Positions 1-13,425 of a stretch of DNA of 64,000 bases are shown one piece after another (position 1 is the stretch's first letter; each line of letters begins with the position of its first letter). A program made the translations under genes and the position numbers. Below the pieces are notes generated by a model. It did no database searches. It was given only the letters and a program-made list of their open reading frames with translations, and had not been told where the DNA came from. Origin of the DNA: Paraspadella gotoi (Eukaryota > Animalia > Chaetognatha); contig CM119270.1 in the NCBI GenBank assembly GCA_051294375.1, positions 260,713 through 324,712 on the forward strand, given 5' to 3'.

Positions 1-504
1 CTGGAGGCGCTGAATCGATTCTGAAAGTCAGAACAAAAGGAAAAAACAAAAATGAAAGTTGAGAGAGAAAAAGAAACAAAGAAAACAAATGAACATCGAA
101 TGAAAAGCGAATGAAGTTAAGAGACAAAAAACGTCAAACTTTTTTTGGAGAAAATGTTTTCTCCTTCGTTAACTTTTCCATTTCTCTCTTCTTTCTCTCT
201 CTCTCCTTCTCTCTCCTCTCTCTCGCTCCTCTCTCTCTCTCTCTTCTTCCTCTCTCTCTTGCTCTCTCTTCTCTCCTCTCTCTCTCTCTCTCCTCCTCAC
301 CTTGAGTTTCCTAATGCGAGGAAGTCCAAGCGTCTCGGGCCAATGAACAACGTCTCCGCTTTGCTGCTCAGAAATTTGTCCTGAGAACCGGAAAAAAGAA
401 ATTTAAGGCCGTATTTCCCATAAATCCCCATTTTAGCTTAAATTCAGAAGTTTTTTAAAATTGAAAACAATTTATCAGGTTTAGAAGAAGGGTCCCGGTT
501 AAAG

Positions 505-1153
505 TAGAGCCAAACTCGTCATGGGGTGGGGTCAGAAATTTGATTTTGGGAACTTTCCAAATGAATGTTTGTTCTTCAATACATTTCTGAGAAAACTTTT
601 CATGGAGCAAGATTTTCTAAAATGGCAAGGAAGCATTAAGTAAATTAATTTTTTAAATATTTAATTTAATAGATAAGATAAATGTCAAAAATTTTTTTTT
701 GATTTTTTGTATTTTTAAAAAGCAAATTCAATAGCTATGTAAGTTATCTAACACAAAGTATAATTCTTTTTTTCAAAATATTTTGATGATAAGTGTTGTG
801 TTTTAAAATTGAGAAAAACCTTAAAAAATCATCCATCATCATTCATCATCCACGATGATTTTAGCTAGTTTTTACTAATTTTTAGTAATAAAACATCAAA
901 AAATTTTAAAAAGTGTAAATTATATTTTTTGCTTAACTTTTTAAGATCATCAGAATCAATTAAAAAAACTTAAAATAATCCCAAAAAAATTTTTTAACAT
1001 TATATAGCAATAATAATAATATTAATTAGCGAATTACTCATGGTTCAGAACATTTTGCAAAAAAATTATTTAACGACAATAATTAATACCAAATTAATGG
1101 ATTAATGTTAATGCTGTTCCCATTAAAATTTGAAATTTGGTCGGCTACCGCTA
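505..1153. mobile_element. Putative non-autonomous DNA transposon (hAT-like MITE), TAG...CTA ends
   Basis: Absent from the paralogous block, where 17217-17235 joins GGTTAAAG directly to TTTTGGGTTATGG. Flanked by GGTTAAAG (497-504) and GTTTTAAAG (1154-1162), resembling an 8-bp TSD. Ends are imperfect inverted repeats: TAGAGCC...GGCTACCGCTA. Confidence 0.5.
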
Positions 1154-1274
1154 GTTTTAAAGTTTGGGGTTAATGGACTTCGTTTGCGATTTAAGGTGAA
1201 GAGAATGTAGGTTATGGATAAAAGGTTTAAAGGGTTCAGGGGGTGGCTGTGGGTAACCCTCCCGGTGGCTGTGG

Positions 1275-3180
1275 TAATTCCTACCCCACACGGGATTCTC
1301 CAACTGGATTCCTGCCCACACGGGATTCCTCCCACGCGGGATAACTCCCCGTGGGATTCCTCCCAACACCGGATTCCTTCCCACACGGGATTCCTCCCCG
1401 CGGGATTGCCTCCCACACGGAATTCTCCCCAGGAATTCCTCCCACACGGGATTCCTCCCCATGGAATTCCTCCTTCCATAGAATTCCTCCCACACGGGAT
1501 TCCTCCACACGGGATTCCTCCCAAAGAATCCTCCTTCACGCGGGATTCCTCCCACACGGGATTCCTCCCATGCAGGATTCCTCCCACACGGGATTCCTCC
1601 ACACGGGATCCTCCGACGTCGGGAATTCCTCCCACAAATCGGGAATTCCCATCCACACGGGATTTCCTCCCACGCAGGGATTCCTCCCACAGGGCGGATT
1701 GCCTCTCCACATGGATTCGCTCCCACACGGTATTCTCCCCCACAACGGGATTTCCTCACACTGAATTTCCCTCCCACACGGCGGGATTCCTCCCACACAG
1801 GATTCCTCCCACAATGGATTCCTTTACCTCCCACATGGATTCCTCCACACTGATTTCCTCCCACAGGGATTACTGCCCACACGTGATTCCTCCACACGGG
1901 ATTCCTCCCCTTAAAATTGTGAATTAACTTTCTTGTTGCATGTTCTTGTTGGTCAAGGAAAAAAATTGATTCATTACAAATAAAATTTTGTGTGTGGGTT
2001 AGGAAAGTATAATGATAAAGCTGGATATAAAATTTTTTGATGTAATCCGTAGTTGTGGAAAAAGAGTTCTTAGAAAACCAAAAGACACATTTATTGATTG
2101 ACCAATAATGCCAATTGAGCAAAAAATATGCCAGTTGAACCAACATTCTGCAGGTTGACGCAAATTATGGCATTGACCAAATGTATGCCTGTTGACCAAA
2201 TTAATCTCAGTTGACCAATTTTGTCAAGTTGACCAAGTTATGCCAGCTGACCCATGTGGGAGGAATCCCGCTCGGGAGGAATCCGTGTGGGAGGAACCTG
2301 TTGGTGGAAATCCCGCGTGGAGGAATCCGCATGGGAGGAATCCACGTGGGAGGGAATCGGCATGGGAGGAATCGCCCACGTGGGAGGAATCCCGCATGGG
2401 AGGAATCCGTGTGGGGAGGAATCCCGTGTGGGAGGAAATCCCGCGTGGGAGGAATCCCGCGTGGAGGAATCCGTGTGGAAGGATCCCGTGTGGGAGGAAT
2501 CCCGCTGGGAGGAATCACGTGGGAGGAATCCCGTGTGAAGGAATCCCAGCCGTGGGAGGAATTCCATGGGGAGGAATTCTGTGGGAGGACCTCGTGTGGG
2601 AGAATCCGCGTGTGGGAGGAATTCCTTTTGGAGGAAAATCCCGTGTGGGAGGAATTCTTTTGGGAGGAATCGCCGTTTTGGGAGCAATTCCATTGGGAGG
2701 ACCTTGGGAGGAATCCCGTGTGGGAGGAACCCGTGTGGGAAGGAACCCGGCGTGGGAGGAATCCCGCGTGGGAGGAACCTGTTGGGAGGAATCCCAATGG
2801 AAACCGTCTAATAATTTAATCGAATCCTTTAGTTCTATTCTAAATTTAATCCTTTTAGTCTAGATTCTAATTCTAATCCTTTAGTGTATTACTTATCTAA
2901 TCTTGAGTTAATTCTAATCTAATCCTTTAGTCTAATTCTAATCTAAATCCTATAGTCCTAAATCCCGCGTGGGAGGAATCCTGTTGGGAGGAATGGTTTC
3001 CATTGGGATTCCTCCCAACAGGATTCCCTCCCACGCGGGATTCCTCCCACGCGGGATTCCTCCCACAGGGTTAAATTAAAGGAATAAATTAGAATTAAAG
3101 ACTAAAGGATTCGATTAGAATTAGACTAGGATTAGTTAGAATTAAGATCTAAAGGATTAGATTAGAATTATTAAGGATAG
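1275..3180. repeat. ~16-bp satellite (GGGATTCCTCCCACAC)n in inverted arrays, foldback-like
   Basis: C-rich array 1275-1911, spacer, G-rich reverse-complement array 2253-2805, then TTCTAATC-rich tract / palindromic core (~2960-3070) / inverted GATTAGAA-rich tract. Confidence 0.9.
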
Positions 3181-3655
3181 AGTTTTTGGGTTAAAACCAA
3201 AAAAATTTTTATATAGTATTGAAGTAAGAAGATCATTTATCATGTATTTTAGTTAAATAATAAGATTGGAAGATGAAAATAAATTGGAGCCGCTATTTAC
3301 AAAATATTGCAATAGTTTGAGAGAGAGCAGAGACAGAGAGAAGAGAGAAAAGAGAGAGAGAAAGAAGGGAGAAGAGAGAGATAGAGAGAAGCGCCGCATC
3401 CGATTAAAGCGGGTAACACTTTATAAACTTTTTAACATTGCAAGTATGTATTAAAAAAATGATCTTATTCCTGATATAATCAATTGATTTATAATAAATC
3501 TTTTTCCAACTCGACAGAATTCGTAATATCCCCAAAAAGGCCTCAGAAACAAAGCGAACCGGTCGCGCGTCGTTGGCTATGGCAAACGTCCCCTCCACAA
3601 ATGCATAAATGCTTTAATTACGAGAAACCGAGAGAGAGGAGAGGAGAGAGAGAGA

Positions 3656-3712
<57 letters not shown>

Positions 3713-4414
3713 NNNNNNNNNNNNNNNNNNNNNNNNNGAGTTCTACTCGAAAACTTGCTCATTTTTAAAAATTCAGGATGTTCAGATTCCACACTAAATT
3801 TCCCATTTCAGTTTGCTCCTTCCATTTTTTCGTTAGATCATACCGTATAGAAGTTAGAGGCAAATAAATTGTACCTCAAGTTGAAGAATGCAGCGGAAAA
3901 ATCGCCTTTAGTTTTCCACAATTCTTGGTATTGAGTATTTGTTTTATTTCATATTTGAGTTAGTTATTTTTTTCATTGTTTTATAATTTGTTATGCCAAT
4001 AGAACAGCCCCTCTCTTCTGCTCATGTAAAAGGTGCAATTGTATCTAACTGCAGAAAAGAGATGAAGACCGCAACCAATTCTATCAGCAATAGACCTTGG
4101 CAATCCGCCCTCGTTCCAACGTCCTCATTGCAATTTTTACGGCGGAACAAAACAAATCAAAACATTTGCGTGTGTCAGCTTTTACGAGAGCCATGCCAGA
4201 CGAATGCAGCGCAGTGGTCGATGCTGAGGGAGGCATACCAATATTGAGAATGTCTTTACCCATGTTTTGTAATTTATAATAATGAATTTTTTAAAAAATG
4301 TTTCTAACTTTTTTCCTAGATAGTAGTTGTTCAGGATTTAGGTTTATCTTGATTTTATTGGTGGTAGACTAAAGGCTTTGATTGATATGATAGATTTGAT
4401 AAATTGAATCCAGT

Positions 4415-4575
4415 ATTAGTAACACCGCTTTATCAACATTTCCAGTTAAGCGCCTCGTCCCTCTGCTTTAACTTTAGGCAGCACCGTGCCTAGGACCTTT
4501 GGATTGGGAGGCCGGCTTGCATCGCCACCAATCGCCCGCTTGAATGACTGGTTGGTGGATTTGTAGTCACCATAA
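4415..4575 (-). mobile_element. Family B tRNA-head/twister repeat, degenerate copy
   Basis: GTTAAGCGCCTCGTCCCTCT...GGACCTTTGGATTGGGAGGC...GGTTGGTGGATTTGTAGTCACCATA matches the reverse complement of 50022-50170. Confidence 0.7.
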
Positions 4576-4926
4576 ATCCCAAAAGGCTCAAAACAAAGCG
4601 ACGTCGCCGTCGCTCCGTATGGAACGGTCCGCCTCCAAATAATCGCAAATTTATTCGACGCAGAGAGAGAGAGGATTGTGGGAGGATAGAGCAGAGAGGA
4701 GAGATGAGTTGAGAAGGAGAGAGAGAGAAGAGTTTATGTTATTCGCAAACCGACGTGTTTGCGCCGTCGGTTCCAGTTCCCTCTATCAATCGGAAGCGAA
4801 ATCAAACAAATGAACTCAAGGAGAAAAACATGGAATTCCCGTGATATTTGCAAATGCCGAGATTCTCTCTCTCTGTCGGAGAGTGCGAGTGTTCTCTCTT
4901 CTCTCCTCTCTCTCTCTTCTCTCTCG

Positions 4927-4959
<33 letters not shown>

Positions 4960-5024
4960 TCTTCTCCTCTTTTTTTCTCTCTCTCGTTATTTAGTTTTTT
5001 TTTGGTAGTTTGTTTGACATATTT

Positions 5025-5165
5025 TTGTCGCCTATAAATTCCTCCGTGACCGAATGGCTCAATGGTAAAAGAATCGGTTAATGACGATAACATACCGGGT
5101 TCAATTCTAACCCGTTACCTACCCTGAGGAAGCGTGACCCTCTTAATGGCGTACGACCTGCAACA
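5025..5165 (+). mobile_element. Family A tRNA-head repeat, 3'-truncated (also 12305-12450 and 18750-18905)
   Basis: A box TGGCTCAATG, B box CCGGGTTCAATTC, then TACCCTGAGGAAGCGTGA as in the family A consensus. Confidence 0.7.
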
Positions 5166-7409
5166 AAGGATTACTATCTAGAAAAATCATATAATATTTT
5201 AGTTAAATATTTACTCGGTTTGAATTAAAAAAATCAATATTTTTCAATATATAAAAATATTTTTCATTAGCTACTCTTTCCATTTTTTCGCGAGTTCAAA
5301 ATCAATTTAGAAGTAAAGGCAAAAAAGATTGCTACTTCAAATAGAAAATGAAAAGCGAAAATCGGCAGACAATGATTCACCCCTCTTTATGATGTAAAAA
5401 TTGCTAATAAACTCTTACAGAAATAGGGAAACAACGTGCAAACATCAAAGTCAACTGAAGAAAATTGCGTTAAACGATGTCGGAACAAATCATGAATACA
5501 AAGCAGTATCAGATCCAAAGAGGAATCAAAAAATATTCGAGAATGTTTTAATAATTATGCATTATTATATATTTTATTGAATATAAATTAAAAATTATTA
5601 ATTACATTTGTCACCTAAATAGTAGAAAAAAATAATATTGAACAAAAAATAGGATGAACAATGTCCTACATATAGACAGCACTTTATCTCACATAAATAC
5701 TAACAAATCAAAACTTCTCGAAACTTGAATGTCCATAATTTAACAAAGGAAGAATAAATTTAGAATAATTTACAACATAATAAATAATTTTACAAAAGAT
5801 AAAAAAACTCTTATATGAAAATGGACAATTACGAGAATTGGAGATTTGATTAATTCGTTAATCAGACAAAACCGATGTCGTTTTGTTTGCGCCGTCGGGT
5901 TCCCAGTTCCCTCTATCAATCGGAAGCGAAATCAAACAAATGAACTCAAGAGAAAAAACATGGAANNNNNNNNNNNNNNNNNNNNNNNNNAAGAGAGAGA
6001 TTTTTATTTCAATGAGCTTGGGTCGCATCTGACAGAAGTCACATTTAGCGGGTCAACTGCAAATGCCCGACTAATTAAAAATTAAGGAAACCACAAAACT
6101 TTACGAAACTAGTGAAAATATATATCTCGATTTCTTTAGTGTTTTTGTCATTTGTCATTTGTCGTTATCCAAACGGACAGATGGACAGACTAATCCTTTG
6201 GGAGAGGAAATTTGCAACGTCGCCTTAGTTTAGAGAGAATCTTACAAAATTATGACAAATCGTTAGAGCTTCGTCTCTCTCTTATCCTCTCACGTATCTC
6301 TCTCGCTCATCCTCCTCTCTCTCTCTCTCTCTCTGCTCTCATCAGCTTCAAAAATTAATGAAACAAAATCGGTTTTCCGTTTTTGGATTAGAGGTTTGCG
6401 AGAAGATGACTCTCTATCTAGTCTGTCTATCTATTTAATCTATCTATCTTATCTATCTAACAAATCAATATTTCTAAAGTAAAGTAATTAATTTCTTTTT
6501 TTCTTTTATCTTTTATCTTTTATGGCTATATTCTAATATTCTTGTATTCTAATATATCTATCCAATCTATATATCTAATCTATCTATCTATCTATCTATC
6601 TATGCTATCTTATCTATCTATCTATCTATCATCTATCTATCTATCTATCTATCCTATCTAAACAAATGCAACATTTTTTCTTAAGAAAAAGTAATTAATT
6701 TCTAATTTTCTTTTATTCCTAGAAATTTGTAAAGAAAAAGTTTACTAATGAGATTACTATGAGAATTACTATGAGATTACTATGAAGATTACTATGAGAT
6801 TTGCCAAAGAAAAAGTTTTATAGCGTCAGTCAAGAAACTAAGTAATCAAATATTAAAAACAAACAATTTTTTTTTTAAACCGTGTAAAACTCTTGTAAAT
6901 CTAAGGCTAATTACAAACAAATCTTCGCGGACAAAAAAGTCTTTATTGTTTTTTTCCTACTTTTTTCGCTCGACATTAACATGTTATTTGTGTTTGACGT
7001 CGTCGTCGTCGTCTTGTAGCGTAATCATTGTCGTCGTCCTGCGCTCCTCCTTCTCTTCCTCATCTTCCTGCATCTTCCTACTCCTTCTCTCCTTCTCCTC
7101 CTTCTTTTCCTCCTCCTCCTCTCCTCCTCCTCTTCTTCTCTTCCCCTACTTCCTCCATACCTCTTCCTCCTCCTCGCTCTTCCATCTCTTGCATCCTCTT
7201 TCTCATCCTCACTCCTCCTCCTTTCTCCTCCCCTTCTTCTTCCTCCTCTTCCTCATTCCTCCTCCTCCTCCTGCCTCTTCCAGTTTCAAGGCAATAAAAA
7301 GTTCCATCAGGTTCCTCGAAAATCCGTGAAGAGCTTCTTGCGTGTGATGAGAACCGATGGCTAGCTTGACTTTCGTGTGGGTGAAGACGCCTGGAAGAGA
7401 AACAAAAGT

Positions 7410-7930
7410 TCCTTCGTTCGCTTCCTTCGTTCGTTTCCTTTCGTTCGTTTCGTTCGTTCGGTTCGTTCGTTCGTATCGTTCGGGTTTTCGGTTTCGTTCA
7501 TCGTTAATTCGTTCATTCATTTCATTCATTCATTCATTCATTCATTCAATTCATTCATTCATTCATTCATTCATTCATTCATTCATGTTCCTTGCGTTCG
7601 TTCGCGTTCGTTCGTTCGTTCGAGTTCGTTTCGTTCATGAGAGTCGTTAAATTCGTTCATTCATTCATTCATTCATTCATTCATTCATTCATTCATTCAT
7701 TCATTCATTCATTCATTCATTCAATTCATTCATTCATTCTGTTCATTCGTTCGTTCGTTCGTTCGTTTCAGTGTCCCGGTTCGTTTCGTTCCATTCGTTA
7801 ATTTCGTTCATATCATATCATTCATTCATTCATTCATTCATTCATTCATTCAATTCATTCAGGTTCCCTTCCTTCGTTCGTTTCGTATCGTTCGTTCGGT
7901 TTCCGTTCATTCGTTAATTCGTTTCATCAT
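7410..7930. repeat. (TTCG)n/(TTCA)n microsatellite block (copy at 16140-16520)
   Basis: Read directly from the sequence. Confidence 0.95.
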
Positions 7931-8700
7931 TCATATCATTTATTACATTCTTTAATTCATTTAATTAATTCATCGATCATATTTAATCAAATCAAAAATG
8001 TAATCAATTTAATCGCTCACCCAATCACCTAATGAATAAATTAATCAAAATCCAAAAATCAAAAAAACCAATGCAAATCAATCATCAATAATCAAATTAA
8101 TATATGACACCTTGGTAATCCGTGATTATTTTCACGGTGGTGGTTGAGAGAGGCGCACTTCCGCTGGAGGCGCTGATCGATTCTGACAAGTCAAAAGAAC
8201 AAAAGGAAAAAACAACAAATGAAAGTTGAAGAAAAAAGAAACAAAGAAAACAAATGAACATCGAATGAAAACGAATGAATGTTTAAGAGACAAAAAACGT
8301 AAACTTTTTTTGGAGAAAATGTTTTTCTCACTTCTGTTAACTTTTCCATCTCTCTCTCTTCCTTTTCTCTCTCTCTCCTCTCTGCTCTCTCGTCTCTCTC
8401 TGGCATCCTCTCTCCTCTCTCAGTCTTCTCTCCTCTCTCTCCTCTCTCTCTTCTTCCGTCTCTCTCTCTCTCTCCTCCTCACCTGAGTTTCCTTAATGCC
8501 AGTGAAAGTCCAACGCGTCTCGGGCCATGAACAACGTCTCCGCTTTGCTGTCTCAGAAATTTGTCCTCGAAGAACGGAAAAAAGAAATTTTAAGGCCGCT
8601 ATTTCGCCATCCAAATCACCCATTTTAGCTTAATTCAGAAGTTTTTTTAAAATTTGAAAACAATTTATCAGTGTTTAGAAGGATAGGGTCCCGGTTAAAG

Positions 8701-9349
8701 TAGAGCCAAACTCGTCATGGGGTGGGGTCAGAAATTTGATTTTGGGAACTTTCCAAATGAATGTTTGTTCTTCAATACATTTCTGAGAAAACTTTTCATG
8801 GAGCAAGATTTTCTAAAATGGCAAGGAAGCATTAAGTAAATTAATTTTTTAAATATTTAATTTAATAGATAAGATAAATGTCAAAAATTTTTTTTTGATT
8901 TTTTGTATTTTTAAAAAGCAAATTCAATAGCTATGTAAGTTATCTAACACAAAGTATAATTCTTTTTTTCAAAATATTTTGATGATAAGTGTTGTGTTTT
9001 AAAATTGAGAAAAACCTTAAAAAATCATCCATCATCATTCATCATCCACGATGATTTTAGCTAGTTTTTACTAATTTTTAGTAATAAAACATCAAAAAAT
9101 TTTAAAAAGTGTAAATTATATTTTTTGCTTAACTTTTTAAGATCATCAGAATCAATTAAAAAAACTTAAAATAATCCCAAAAAAATTTTTTAACATTATA
9201 TAGCAATAATAATAATATTAATTAGCGAATTACTCATGGTTCAGAACATTTTGCAAAAAAATTATTTAACGACAATAATTAATACCAAATTAATGGATTA
9301 ATGTTAATGCTGTTCCCATTAAAATTTGAAATTTGGTCGGCTACCGCTA
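8701..9349. mobile_element. Second copy of the hAT-like MITE (inside the exact duplicate)
   Basis: Identical to 505-1153. Confidence 0.5.
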
Positions 9350-9470
9350 GTTTTAAAGTTTGGGGTTAATGGACTTCGTTTGCGATTTAAGGTGAAGAGA
9401 ATGTAGGTTATGGATAAAAGGTTTAAAGGGTTCAGGGGGTGGCTGTGGGTAACCCTCCCGGTGGCTGTGG

Positions 9471-11376
9471 TAATTCCTACCCCACACGGGATTCTCCAAC
9501 TGGATTCCTGCCCACACGGGATTCCTCCCACGCGGGATAACTCCCCGTGGGATTCCTCCCAACACCGGATTCCTTCCCACACGGGATTCCTCCCCGCGGG
9601 ATTGCCTCCCACACGGAATTCTCCCCAGGAATTCCTCCCACACGGGATTCCTCCCCATGGAATTCCTCCTTCCATAGAATTCCTCCCACACGGGATTCCT
9701 CCACACGGGATTCCTCCCAAAGAATCCTCCTTCACGCGGGATTCCTCCCACACGGGATTCCTCCCATGCAGGATTCCTCCCACACGGGATTCCTCCACAC
9801 GGGATCCTCCGACGTCGGGAATTCCTCCCACAAATCGGGAATTCCCATCCACACGGGATTTCCTCCCACGCAGGGATTCCTCCCACAGGGCGGATTGCCT
9901 CTCCACATGGATTCGCTCCCACACGGTATTCTCCCCCACAACGGGATTTCCTCACACTGAATTTCCCTCCCACACGGCGGGATTCCTCCCACACAGGATT
10001 CCTCCCACAATGGATTCCTTTACCTCCCACATGGATTCCTCCACACTGATTTCCTCCCACAGGGATTACTGCCCACACGTGATTCCTCCACACGGGATTC
10101 CTCCCCTTAAAATTGTGAATTAACTTTCTTGTTGCATGTTCTTGTTGGTCAAGGAAAAAAATTGATTCATTACAAATAAAATTTTGTGTGTGGGTTAGGA
10201 AAGTATAATGATAAAGCTGGATATAAAATTTTTTGATGTAATCCGTAGTTGTGGAAAAAGAGTTCTTAGAAAACCAAAAGACACATTTATTGATTGACCA
10301 ATAATGCCAATTGAGCAAAAAATATGCCAGTTGAACCAACATTCTGCAGGTTGACGCAAATTATGGCATTGACCAAATGTATGCCTGTTGACCAAATTAA
10401 TCTCAGTTGACCAATTTTGTCAAGTTGACCAAGTTATGCCAGCTGACCCATGTGGGAGGAATCCCGCTCGGGAGGAATCCGTGTGGGAGGAACCTGTTGG
10501 TGGAAATCCCGCGTGGAGGAATCCGCATGGGAGGAATCCACGTGGGAGGGAATCGGCATGGGAGGAATCGCCCACGTGGGAGGAATCCCGCATGGGAGGA
10601 ATCCGTGTGGGGAGGAATCCCGTGTGGGAGGAAATCCCGCGTGGGAGGAATCCCGCGTGGAGGAATCCGTGTGGAAGGATCCCGTGTGGGAGGAATCCCG
10701 CTGGGAGGAATCACGTGGGAGGAATCCCGTGTGAAGGAATCCCAGCCGTGGGAGGAATTCCATGGGGAGGAATTCTGTGGGAGGACCTCGTGTGGGAGAA
10801 TCCGCGTGTGGGAGGAATTCCTTTTGGAGGAAAATCCCGTGTGGGAGGAATTCTTTTGGGAGGAATCGCCGTTTTGGGAGCAATTCCATTGGGAGGACCT
10901 TGGGAGGAATCCCGTGTGGGAGGAACCCGTGTGGGAAGGAACCCGGCGTGGGAGGAATCCCGCGTGGGAGGAACCTGTTGGGAGGAATCCCAATGGAAAC
11001 CGTCTAATAATTTAATCGAATCCTTTAGTTCTATTCTAAATTTAATCCTTTTAGTCTAGATTCTAATTCTAATCCTTTAGTGTATTACTTATCTAATCTT
11101 GAGTTAATTCTAATCTAATCCTTTAGTCTAATTCTAATCTAAATCCTATAGTCCTAAATCCCGCGTGGGAGGAATCCTGTTGGGAGGAATGGTTTCCATT
11201 GGGATTCCTCCCAACAGGATTCCCTCCCACGCGGGATTCCTCCCACGCGGGATTCCTCCCACAGGGTTAAATTAAAGGAATAAATTAGAATTAAAGACTA
11301 AAGGATTCGATTAGAATTAGACTAGGATTAGTTAGAATTAAGATCTAAAGGATTAGATTAGAATTATTAAGGATAG
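9471..11376. repeat. Duplicate of the inverted 16-bp satellite block
   Basis: Identical to 1275-3180 at offset 8196. Confidence 0.9.
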
Positions 11377-11851
11377 AGTTTTTGGGTTAAAACCAAAAAA
11401 ATTTTTATATAGTATTGAAGTAAGAAGATCATTTATCATGTATTTTAGTTAAATAATAAGATTGGAAGATGAAAATAAATTGGAGCCGCTATTTACAAAA
11501 TATTGCAATAGTTTGAGAGAGAGCAGAGACAGAGAGAAGAGAGAAAAGAGAGAGAGAAAGAAGGGAGAAGAGAGAGATAGAGAGAAGCGCCGCATCCGAT
11601 TAAAGCGGGTAACACTTTATAAACTTTTTAACATTGCAAGTATGTATTAAAAAAATGATCTTATTCCTGATATAATCAATTGATTTATAATAAATCTTTT
11701 TCCAACTCGACAGAATTCGTAATATCCCCAAAAAGGCCTCAGAAACAAAGCGAACCGGTCGCGCGTCGTTGGCTATGGCAAACGTCCCCTCCACAAATGC
11801 ATAAATGCTTTAATTACGAGAAACCGAGAGAGAGGAGAGGAGAGAGAGAGA

Positions 11852-11912
<61 letters not shown>

Positions 11913-13214
11913 AGATTGATTAATTCGTTAATCAGACAAAACCGATGTCGTTTTGTTGCGCCGATCGGGTTCCAGTTCCCTCTATATCCGGAAGCGAAAT
12001 CAAAACAAATGAACTCAAGAGAGAAACATGGAATTCCCTTGGAATATTTCGGAAAATGCCGAGATTCACTCTCTCTCTGTAGGAGAGTGCGAGTGTTTCT
12101 CTCATTAGCTCTCCTCTTCTCCCTCCTCTTCTCTCTCGCTTCTCGTCTCTCTCTCTCTCTCCCTCCTCTCTCTCTCTTGCTCCCCCTCTCTCTCTTTCTC
12201 TCTCCTCTCTCACTTTTCTCTTTTTTTTTTTCTCTTCTTTTTATTTTTTTACATAGTTTAAATAATACAAACTTTTTTGTTAGTTTGTCTATGTCAAATC
12301 TTTTTGTCGCCTATAAACATTCCTCCGTGACAGAATGGCTCAATGAGTAAAAGAATCGGTTAATGACCATAATTTACCGGGTTCAATTCTAACCCGTTAC
12401 CTACCCTGAGGGAAGCGTGACCCTCTTAATGGCGTAACGACCCTGCAAACAAAGGATTACTATCTAGGAAAAATCATATCATATTTTTAGTCGAGAATAT
12501 TTACTCGTTTGATTTTAAAAAAATCAGAATATTTTCAAATATATATATTTTTTTCAGTAGCTTCCTTCCATTTTTTCGTAGTTCAAATCATTTAGAAGTT
12601 AGAGGCAAAAAAGATTGCTACTTCAAATGATAAATGGCGAAAATGGCGAAAATGGCATTGCACCTCTTTTTGTGTAAAAAATTGCTATTATATCTCTCAG
12701 AAAATAGGGAAAAACGTGCAACATCAATATCAAGGCTGAAAAGAATTGCGTTAAAGATGTGGAAAAACCAGATGAATACAAGCAGTCATCGAAGCCAAGA
12801 GATGGCATAACAAATATTGAGAATGTTTTATTTATGTTTTATATATTTTTTATTGAATAAATTAACAATTATGTAATATACTTTTGTCCTAAATAGTAGA
12901 GGATATTGAAAAAACTATGGATGTCATCTTTAGCCAACTTATCTCTTTCTCGTTCTCGTTGATGTCCATTTAAACAGGGTAAATCTTAGCTCTTAAAGAG
13001 ATGTTATTAATTTTACAAACATAATAAAAATAATTTAAAGCAAAAGATAAAAAAAAATTCCTCTTTTTGATGGGCACTCTTTTCCAGAAATATCCTATTT
13101 ATGTTTAATTTAGTTTTAACTATTATTTATAATACAACTTGTAAAATTAATCTTTTATCATCAACTTATGGATAAGGCACTTAATTGACTTAAGAGTTTT
13201 ATCCAAAACTTTTT

Positions 13215-13425
13215 TAACCCCTCTGGCAGCCAAGGAACAGGTTTTATGCTTAGAACCAAGCTTGGTGGTTGTCCAGGCCCCTAAGGTAGTTTAAGTACGT
13301 TCTCACGCTTCCCGCAGGGTAAGTATTATTGGTGATTGATTTTATACCTTTTTACTGAGCAACTGGGTCATAACAGAAAGATATATTTTTATAAGCAAAG
13401 TGAACTTGGTAAAATATACTACAAC
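13215..13425 (-). mobile_element. Family A repeat, degenerate (copy at 19690-19900)
   Basis: Minus strand reads CCCTGCGGGAAGCGTGAGAACG...GGGGCCTGGACAACC...GCTTGGTTCTAAGC. Confidence 0.7.

Noticed and set aside
1123-2863. Many overlapping 100-330 aa ORFs (GGIP/WEES/GRNP repeats), duplicated at 9319-11059
   Set aside because: They are translations of a stop-poor 16-bp satellite that is open in most frames.
6946-7801. Hydrophobic or low-complexity ORFs from (CT)n, (TCC)n and (TTCA)n tracts, here and throughout the window
   Set aside because: They are microsatellite translations.
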